From an uncultured archaeon (GTDB lineage: Archaea > Iainarchaeota > Iainarchaeia > Iainarchaeales > CSSED10-239), in contig CAZQEL010000007.1 of the NCBI GenBank assembly GCA_964591795.1, positions 5,149 through 37,148 on the forward strand: DNA of 32,000 nt, in the 5' to 3' direction. A model generated the notes under the pieces. The model saw only the letters and a program-made list of their open reading frames with translations, had not been told where the DNA came from and ran no database searches. Positions 25,920 to 32,000 of this stretch are shown here, piece after piece; position 1 is the stretch's first letter, and every line of letters begins with the position of its first letter. A program made the position numbers and the translations under genes.

Positions 25920-26725
25920 CTTTCTTTTAAATTAATAATATTATATAAATTATCTATTACCTTGTTAATGGTATCATAATTACCTGTCTTTAAAGAAATA
26001 TTATTTTCTTTTGCTTCTTTTATTGCTCTATCACCTATATCTCTTGCAAAAATTGTAGTTATATTAAAAGCATCACAAATTTGAGCAATTGGACTTTTAT
26101 TTGCATTTGTATGATCTAAATTATTTGGCACTATTTTTAAATCTTTTTTATTTACATTATATATTCCAAAAAAAGGAGCATGACCAAAATGCAAACTTAT
26201 TTTTGACAATAATCCCTCATTATTTAATAATGGTAAAAATATTTTTTCTTCTTTATTATTTATTTTATTTTCTTTAAAAGCTTCTACTTTAGTAAATTCT
26301 ACTTTAAGATCTTCTACTTTAGAATCTTCTACTTTAGAATCTTCTACTTTAGAATCTTCTACTTTAAGATCTTCTACTTTAGGAACTTCTACTTTATTAT
26401 TAAACGAAATATTTAATATTTCATTTAAAGCATCTTTTGCAACACCAGATTTAGAATATACTTTAATTTTTAATTTATTTAAAATTGTTTCTGCATTTGG
26501 ACCAACTGTACCAGTAATCAATGTATCTACATTTAAATTACCTAATTGTTCTGCAGCTTTTATACCAGCTCCATGTGCTTCTTGAATACATGTATTTGAT
26601 ATTGCTTGTGTATTGATTATTTTATTATTTTCTACATCTATAATTAAAAAATATTTACATCTTCCAAATCTTTGATCAATTAAAGAATCTAAATTTTCTT
26701 TGTCACAGGTTATCGCTATTTTCAT
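25907..26725 (-). CDS. tandem NifX/NifB-C-terminal-like (dinitrogenase Fe-Mo cofactor biosynthesis family) domain protein
   Basis: Domain 1 reads MKIAITCD...RFGRCKYFLIIDVEN...GAGIKAAE...LITGTVGPNA. Domain 2 reads HFGHAPFFGIYNVN...IFARDIGDRA. They are joined by a (KVEDx)n repeat linker. Confidence 0.75.
   Translation of the reverse strand: MKIAITCDKENLDSLIDQRFGRCKYFLIIDVENNKIINTQAISNTCIQEAHGAGIKAAEQLGNLNVDTLITGTVGPNAETILNKLKIKVYSKSGVAKDALNEILNISFNNKVEVPKVEDLKVEDSKVEDSKVEDSKVEDLKVEFTKVEAFKENKINNKEEKIFLPLLNNEGLLSKISLHFGHAPFFGIYNVNKKDLKIVPNNLDHTNANKSPIAQICDAFNITTIFARDIGDRAIKEAKENNISLKTGNYDTINKVIDNLYNIINLKESCGH
26281..26400 (-). repeat. 8 x 15-bp in-frame tandem repeat encoding the KVEDS/KVEDL linker
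   Basis: The plus-strand unit cttctactttagaat is repeated head to tail. Three central copies are identical and the flanking copies diverge by 1-4 nt. Confidence 0.85.
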
Positions 26726-26880
26726 TAAATCACCTCATATTTATAGAATATATATTCAAAACAAGTTTTAAATATATGCTTTTTATTAAATAATTAGATT
26801 TATTATTAAAAATAAATATTAATAATATTTATTATAAATATTAACAAAACCCTTAGACATTAAAAAAATAAAAAAAATAG

Positions 26881-26901
26881 AAGAGTACTATTTGTACTCT
26901 T
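26881..26901 (-). terminator. hairpin plus T-run immediately after the surface-protein stop codon
   Basis: 8-bp stem aagagtac/gtactctt with loop tattt. On the minus strand it is followed by ctattttttttattttttt. Confidence 0.45.
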
Positions 26902-26910
26902 TATAACTTG

Positions 26911-29526
26911 TTATAACTTTTTTTTAGATTTTTTCTTTTTAGATTTATTTTCAATTTTTTTAATTGATTTTTTAGGTTTATGTTTTGAAACTAAAATTGC
27001 AGTAGTTATTCCTCCAACAAGAATAATTAAAATTAAAACAATATATAATACTTTATTATCTGTTGATGATTTAACAACACACACACAATATTCTTCATCC
27101 AAAGTAGTATAATCTGGACAAGTTATATCACATTGATCATTTATTTGTTCTTGTGCAGTTGTATCATCTCCTGTATTTGTAGTTGTTTGAGTATTATCTG
27201 TTGTTTGATTAACATCTATACTTATTGGTTCTTGATTATCACCAATAGGTGTATTTGGATTATTAGGTATTTGATTTTCTGGAGGTGTTATTGGATCTTC
27301 TGGTTGTTGTGTCTCTTCAACACATGCACAGTTAACTTCATCTAGAACAAATCCTATATCACAAATTAATAAACATTCATCTATAATTTCTTCAACACAT
27401 ATACAAGTCTCTGAATCTAAAACAAATCCAGAATTACAATCTAAAGTACATTGACATATTTGATCAACACATGAAAAACCTACATTACAATCATCATCTA
27501 CTAAACAACTTGCAGATTCACCACCAATTGCAAATTCAGAAAAATCAGTAATTCTACCAAAAAACCAATCAGGAGCTTCTTGAACAATTGTTTCTAAAGG
27601 TTCATAGGTTGTACCATTATAATGATATAATTTTAGATTACTAGTTGGCACTAGATTTATTGTCATCCAATCATATGGTACACTAAATAAAAGATCTGAA
27701 TAATTCACTGCTGGATCATTCATAAACTCAAATGATTGATCTATATTATAACAACCATAAATCTCAACACCATCAATTGTTCCTGAACAAACTATTTCTT
27801 CAGCAACAAAAGATTCAATAATATGATTAGAATCTTTATTCACATGCATTTCATAAATATTCTCTGGAAATTGTTCACCTAATTGTATTGTGAAATTTTC
27901 ACCTGGTGTCATTGTTAAATTAATTTCATGTATTTCTTCATTATATTGATTATTCTGTGCTAACACATTATAATCGTGATACACTTTCAGATTTTTAATA
28001 CTATTTATTAATTCAGACTCTTGATATGTAATCATTACACTTTGTGATGAACTATTTGTATATTTTTCTATATATTTATAATTATTAGAATCTGTTTGAT
28101 CAATTGCTTTTAAAATAACTTTATATGGAATTATTGGGTCACTAATTTGATTTATAAAATCTAAATCAATAGAATAATTTTCAGATATAAAACCATCATT
28201 ATCTCCTGAAAGATATACTTTTGAATTATCAATGGCTGTATTATAAGTGTATACATTTGAATCAACTGCATCAATTTGTTTATTTGTACAATTATTTAAA
28301 TTTGAATTATTTATTATTACTCGTGCCTCATTATCTAAATAGAAACAAGTATTTACTGCAGAGTTTAATTCAAATTCAGTTAATTCTAACTTTGAACCAT
28401 AATTCAAATAAAATGGAATAATATCATTTGTACCACCTGCATAATATGAATTAGTTATAAATATATCACTACTTGTGCTTGCATATATACCATTTGATCC
28501 AGCAGGAGTTAAATTAGAAAAATTATAACCTATATTAAATTGTACATTAGATCCTACTACCCATAGTCCATATGATCCATTACTAGAACCAATATATTCA
28601 ATTGTTAAATCATTTTCAAATATTACATCTGAACCACCAGTAATTTCAACACCAATTCCAACTCCACTATTAGCTACAACTAAATTAATATTTGTTAAAT
28701 CATTAAAATTAACATCACTATTATTTATATTTATAGCTTTAGCAACATCACCAAATATTATACCAATATTTAATTCATCATCAAAATTAACTATAGAACG
28801 ATCTATTAATATACCATTAGCCCAATGATTTGTACTAGATATTTGATTAATATTTATTGGTGTTTTAATATCAACAGTACTATAATCTTCAATAAATAAT
28901 CCAAAAACATCACTATCTACACCAGAGGTAGTTACATCTTTTATTTCAAAACTATTTGTATTTATTTCTCCAGTTGAATTTCGTATATAAAAACCATGTG
29001 TGTTTCCAGTACCATTTATTCCATCAATTAAAAAGTTTCCTTTAATTTTAAAATTATTTGAATTATAAATTGCACTTCCTACTGGATATGCTGATGTTTG
29101 AGATGTAATTTTTATATTTTCAAATGTAAAATCATCTGATTGATTTATAGTTACACCTTTAGGACCTGAATTAATAGTTAAATTCTTTAAAGTAATATCA
29201 TCTGAATTATAAACATTTATTATTGGAGATACAAAAGAAGTAATAAATACCTCATCTTCTGCCTCTCCTTCTAAAATTATTGACTCTTTATTAGAAAAAG
29301 TTACATGTTCATCATAATCACCATCACAAACAATGATTTTAGTACATGTATCTGCTACACTAATTGCTTCACCAATTGTAGTATAGTCATATCCTGCACA
29401 ACCATATGCATTACCAGTATCATTTACATATAAAGTATCCCAACTTCTACAGGAAGTAGCATTAACATTTGACATAAATAAAAATAAAAAACATATTGTT
29501 ACAACTAATATTAAAATCCTTTTCAT
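26911..29526 (-). CDS. large secreted, C-terminally membrane-anchored surface protein with parallel beta-helix repeats and Cys-rich modules
   Basis: Signal peptide MKRILILVVTICFLFLFMSNVNA. Asn/Ile/Gly-rich right-handed beta-helix-type repeats (ITLKNLTINSG..., FKIKGNFLIDG...). Three to four Cys modules (CNSGFVLDSETCICVEE, CDIGFVLDEVNCACVEE, CPDYTTLDEEYCVCV). A Thr/Pro/Gln/Asn linker, then the TM segment VLYIVLILIILVGGITTAILV and a Lys-rich tail. An AAGGAG SD lies 9 nt upstream of the ATG. Confidence 0.7.
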   Translation of the reverse strand: MKRILILVVTICFLFLFMSNVNATSCRSWDTLYVNDTGNAYGCAGYDYTTIGEAISVADTCTKIIVCDGDYDEHVTFSNKESIILEGEAEDEVFITSFVSPIINVYNSDDITLKNLTINSGPKGVTINQSDDFTFENIKITSQTSAYPVGSAIYNSNNFKIKGNFLIDGINGTGNTHGFYIRNSTGEINTNSFEIKDVTTSGVDSDVFGLFIEDYSTVDIKTPININQISSTNHWANGILIDRSIVNFDDELNIGIIFGDVAKAININNSDVNFNDLTNINLVVANSGVGIGVEITGGSDVIFENDLTIEYIGSSNGSYGLWVVGSNVQFNIGYNFSNLTPAGSNGIYASTSSDIFITNSYYAGGTNDIIPFYLNYGSKLELTEFELNSAVNTCFYLDNEARVIINNSNLNNCTNKQIDAVDSNVYTYNTAIDNSKVYLSGDNDGFISENYSIDLDFINQISDPIIPYKVILKAIDQTDSNNYKYIEKYTNSSSQSVMITYQESELINSIKNLKVYHDYNVLAQNNQYNEEIHEINLTMTPGENFTIQLGEQFPENIYEMHVNKDSNHIIESFVAEEIVCSGTIDGVEIYGCYNIDQSFEFMNDPAVNYSDLLFSVPYDWMTINLVPTSNLKLYHYNGTTYEPLETIVQEAPDWFFGRITDFSEFAIGGESASCLVDDDCNVGFSCVDQICQCTLDCNSGFVLDSETCICVEEIIDECLLICDIGFVLDEVNCACVEETQQPEDPITPPENQIPNNPNTPIGDNQEPISIDVNQTTDNTQTTTNTGDDTTAQEQINDQCDITCPDYTTLDEEYCVCVVKSSTDNKVLYIVLILIILVGGITTAILVSKHKPKKSIKKIENKSKKKKSKKKL

Positions 29527-29726
29527 AAATATAAACTCCTTTCTAAATTATGTATTATGATTGATATAAAAGAAGGATATATTTAAAAATATGTGTATCA
29601 GGTATGTTTTTTAAAAATTAGAAATAATTTAGCTAATATCTATTTTTTATAATAATAAAAATTATTTTTATTCAATAAACTCTCTTTCCAAAAATAAATA
29701 AAATTACTGATAACTGTCGAAGACAA

Positions 29727-29798
29727 AGCTTCTAGCGAGAGTCGAACTCGCGACCTCAACCTTACCAAGGTTGCGCTCTACCATTGAGCTACAGAAGC
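29727..29798 (-). tRNA. tRNA-Thr(GGU): tRNA-Thr (anticodon GGU)
   Basis: Hand fold. Acceptor GCTTCTG/TAGAAGC plus U73. D arm GCTC-AATGGTA-GAGC. Anticodon stem CAACC/GGTTG with loop TTGGTAA. T arm GCGAG-TTCGACT-CTCGC. Length 72 nt. Confidence 0.88.
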
Positions 29799-29822
29799 AA
29801 AAAATATAAAAAAATATAAAAA

Positions 29823-30506
29823 TTATAATTTTATAGCCTTTATGAAAATTAAACCTGGAATTTTATATTTATTAGAATTAATTTCAATATCTTTAGATTC
29901 AAAAAAATTAACTAATTTAAAATTATCTAAAAAAATACTATTTAAATAATCATCTAAACTATGACTAGGATATTTGATATTTACTTTATTATTATATAAC
30001 TTTAAATTAATAACTTCTTGATTAAAATAATCATTATTTTTTTTAAAAAATAAATCTGTAATAGGATGACTAACAACTAATATTAAACAACCATTTTTTT
30101 TTAATATTCTATTTATTTCTATATAAGCTTTATTAAAAGTTTTTAAATAATGTAAAGAAAATCTAGAAATAACTAAATCAAAACTATTATTTTTAAAATT
30201 AGTTTTTTCAATATTTTGTACAGATAAAAAACCAGTTTCTTTTAAATTATCTTTAGCTTTATCAATCATTAATTTTGAAGTATCTATACCATAAACTTTT
30301 TTTGGGTTATAAATATTTAATTTTTTTAAAAGATAACCATTACCACAACCAAAATCTAAAATAGTTTTGTTTTTTATATTTGGTAAATATTTTAATATAT
30401 ATTTTAAAGAATTATTTTTTCTATTTTTAAAAAATATAGATTTATATTTTATATAATCTTCCCCAATTAAATCATATTGTTTTTTTATATTATTTTTACT
30501 TTTCAT
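29823..30506 (-). CDS. class I SAM-dependent methyltransferase
   Basis: Motif I ILDFGCGNGYL, with D at the end of beta2 (VYGIDTS), and post-I/II blocks FDLVISRFSLHY. Confidence 0.8.
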   Translation of the reverse strand: MKSKNNIKKQYDLIGEDYIKYKSIFFKNRKNNSLKYILKYLPNIKNKTILDFGCGNGYLLKKLNIYNPKKVYGIDTSKLMIDKAKDNLKETGFLSVQNIEKTNFKNNSFDLVISRFSLHYLKTFNKAYIEINRILKKNGCLILVVSHPITDLFFKKNNDYFNQEVINLKLYNNKVNIKYPSHSLDDYLNSIFLDNFKLVNFFESKDIEINSNKYKIPGLIFIKAIKL

Positions 30507-31093
30507 AATAATCTCTTTTTAAATTTTTCATATTTAAAATATTTTTTAAAAAGATCCATTCTATAAAGATCAACTAATTTATTTTGATAAAAATAATCTT
30601 GTTTAAAATAACCAACCTCGCAAAATCCTAATTTTTCTAAATGTTTTTTACTTCTAGGATTATAGGAAAGAACATATGAATAAACTTTATTTAATTTTAA
30701 TATTTTAAACACATAGTTATAAACTTCTAATTTAACTTCATAAATATATTTTTTACCCCAATAGGGTTTTGCTATACAAGAACCACTTTCACATTTTTTA
30801 TTTTTAAAATCAATATGAGTTAATGAAATACCATCAATTACTCTCTTTTCTAATTTTAAATAAACTGCAACTTCAATAGATGGTTCTTTTTTCCTAATTA
30901 ACTTAGATTTTGCTTTCTTTATAAAATCATTTGCATCTTTTAAAGTATAAGGATAAGAAAAATTAGGGATATTTTTTGAAGAAATTTTATCAATATAGTT
31001 TTCAACAAAAAATTTTGCATCTGATTTTTTAAACAATCTTAAAATTAGATTTTTTGTTTCAAAATAAATATTTTCTTTATTAATTAAATTCAT
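30503..31093 (-). CDS. GNAT-family N-acetyltransferase (RimJ/RimL-like)
   Basis: 196 aa. The LILRLFKKSDAKFF N-terminus and the C-terminal NPRSKKHLEKLGF block are typical of Acetyltransf_3-type GNATs. It has a 4-nt overlap with the downstream methyltransferase. Confidence 0.6.
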   Translation of the reverse strand: MNLINKENIYFETKNLILRLFKKSDAKFFVENYIDKISSKNIPNFSYPYTLKDANDFIKKAKSKLIRKKEPSIEVAVYLKLEKRVIDGISLTHIDFKNKKCESGSCIAKPYWGKKYIYEVKLEVYNYVFKILKLNKVYSYVLSYNPRSKKHLEKLGFCEVGYFKQDYFYQNKLVDLYRMDLFKKYFKYEKFKKRLL

Positions 31094-31137
31094 AATAAAT
31101 CATATTAATTATTAAAAAAAGAAAAAAAAGAAAAAAA

Positions 31138-32000
31138 TTATTTTTTCTTAGTAAAAAACTCAATTGCCTCTTTAAGTTCAACATGATCTTTAGAATACTC
31201 TTCAATGGATATACCTTTTTGATAGGCTTCACATGATTGAACTAAAGCTCTAGCCCCAGCTTTTGTTCCTTTTGGATGAGCATGACAACCAGCACCCATA
31301 GTAGTTATAAAATCAACTCCACCCATTACATCAATAAATGGTTTTAAAAGAGTTGGATTAAGCCCACCAGAAACAATAGGAGTACATTTTTTTAAAGCTC
31401 TCCAACTATCATCCTCTAAAATAACATGATGAGCATGATCTTCTTGAATTAGTCTTAATAAATCTTCATCATCTTCAGGAATAGTAGACCATGATTGATT
31501 AAAAATATGTCCTTTGGCTGATAAATCTAAAATACCATCTGCAGCTGTAATATCTTCAGTTGGTGTTCCTGCCATTTTTCCAACACCAGCAGTACCTGTG
31601 TGTATTCCAGATGCTCCAGCAAGTCTTGCAAACTTTGATAGAACTAAAACTGAAAAACCAAATGAATTTTCAGGTCTTGTATAAGCACCATGAGATGCTC
31701 TATGGAAATGAATAAATACATCAGGAAATTTTCTTCTTAAAGTTTGAACAGCCATCCAACCTGCTGTTATTCCATCAATTAAAAACGCATAAGATCCTTT
31801 TTCAAAACCAGCATCTTCAATCATTTTACATCTTTCAAGCATAGTATCATAATCTGATGCTGAAACATTAAAAGAATGAACTTTTTTATGTCCTGTTTCT
31901 TTAACAACCTTATCCATTGCTTCTTTAACATGTTTAACCATCTTGTCATATGGACAAAAATCTTGATTTGCTTGAGGTTCATCATTTTTTACAAAATCTC
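31138..32000 (-). CDS. rbcL: RuBisCO large subunit, form II/III-like (N-terminus beyond the window end)
   Basis: The frame stays open upstream of the track Met to position 32000 and reads DFVKNDEPQANQDFCP (carbamyl-Lys and metal ligands, KNDE as in form II). Downstream motifs are HFHRASHGAY, GIHTGTAGVGKMAG, IVSGGLNP and GAGCHAHPKG. Confidence 0.9.
   Translation of the reverse strand, partial: DFVKNDEPQANQDFCPYDKMVKHVKEAMDKVVKETGHKKVHSFNVSASDYDTMLERCKMIEDAGFEKGSYAFLIDGITAGWMAVQTLRRKFPDVFIHFHRASHGAYTRPENSFGFSVLVLSKFARLAGASGIHTGTAGVGKMAGTPTEDITAADGILDLSAKGHIFNQSWSTIPEDDEDLLRLIQEDHAHHVILEDDSWRALKKCTPIVSGGLNPTLLKPFIDVMGGVDFITTMGAGCHAHPKGTKAGARALVQSCEAYQKGISIEEYSKDHVELKEAIEFFTKKK

Noticed and set aside
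5335-28421. Remaining short antisense or overlapping ORFs in the track: 5335-5589, 5492-5674, 7057-7266, 7943-8176, 9934-10158, 10315-10557, 10785-10979, 13230-13415, 14802-15140, 15318-15524, 15356-15544, 16864-17151, 20704-20949, 24229-24414, 26089-26277, 27133-27345, 28221-28421
   Set aside because: Each is embedded in a longer ORF on the opposite strand or another frame that has clear family motifs. They carry no recognisable motifs of their own.
31138-32000. Higher G+C of the RuBisCO gene as a sign of recent horizontal transfer
   Set aside because: Conserved cores of other housekeeping enzymes in the window (for example ppsA around 3300) show a similar local rise by eye. The rise is therefore explained by amino-acid constraint. 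Composition alone is not evidence of transfer here.
1-32000. CRISPR arrays, rRNA genes, transposases, integrases or prophage blocks
   Set aside because: No regularly spaced direct repeats with unique spacers were seen, and no long GC-rich structured RNA stretches other than the four tRNAs. No ORF carries DDE, tyrosine-recombinase or serine-recombinase motifs that I could recognise.

Overview
Gene-dense, extremely AT-rich fragment (about a quarter G+C judged by eye, not computed) with clearly archaeal content. Evidence for this: ribosomal protein eL42 (L44e), an XPD/Rad3 Fe-S helicase, a HerA/FtsK-type ATPase, an archaeal-style ThrRS, a tRNA-Trp split by a bulge-helix-bulge intron, and a form II/III-like RuBisCO large subunit running off the right edge. 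Low GC, short spacers, GGAGG-type ribosome-binding sites, a large beta-helix surface protein, RuBisCO without Calvin-cycle neighbours and visible gene decay together suggest a small-genome DPANN-type archaeon; this is inference only. I call about 30 protein genes. They include ppsA, RuBisCO, a cysteine-synthase-like gene, uppS, XPD, a DEAD-box helicase, thrS, eL42, LemA, SPFH, a CaCA exchanger, an MFS-like transporter, a SlyD-type FKBP, a Nudix hydrolase, a GNAT and a SAM-methyltransferase. There are also 4 tRNAs (Trp with a 114-nt intron, Glu, Leu, Thr), one multiply disrupted P-type ATPase remnant, and one frameshifted cysteine-synthase-like gene. I recognised no rRNA, CRISPR array, transposase or integrase. 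The best candidates for uncharacterised biology are: (i) a translationally coupled polytopic membrane protein plus HerA-like ATPase pair (9177-11149) with no NurA/Mre11/Rad50 context; (ii) an operon of a double NifX-like protein plus two MinD-type ATPases with inserted ferredoxin modules (24177-26725); (iii) an 871-aa membrane-anchored beta-helix and Cys-repeat surface protein (26911-29526). Smaller oddities: a tRNA-Leu whose anticodon reads AAG (A34), a tRNA-Glu with C at T-loop position 55, a TTGCAA-palindrome array, in-frame coding tandem repeats, and a eukaryote-type UMPH-1 nucleotidase. All functional calls rest on motifs read by eye from the translations; no database search was possible.
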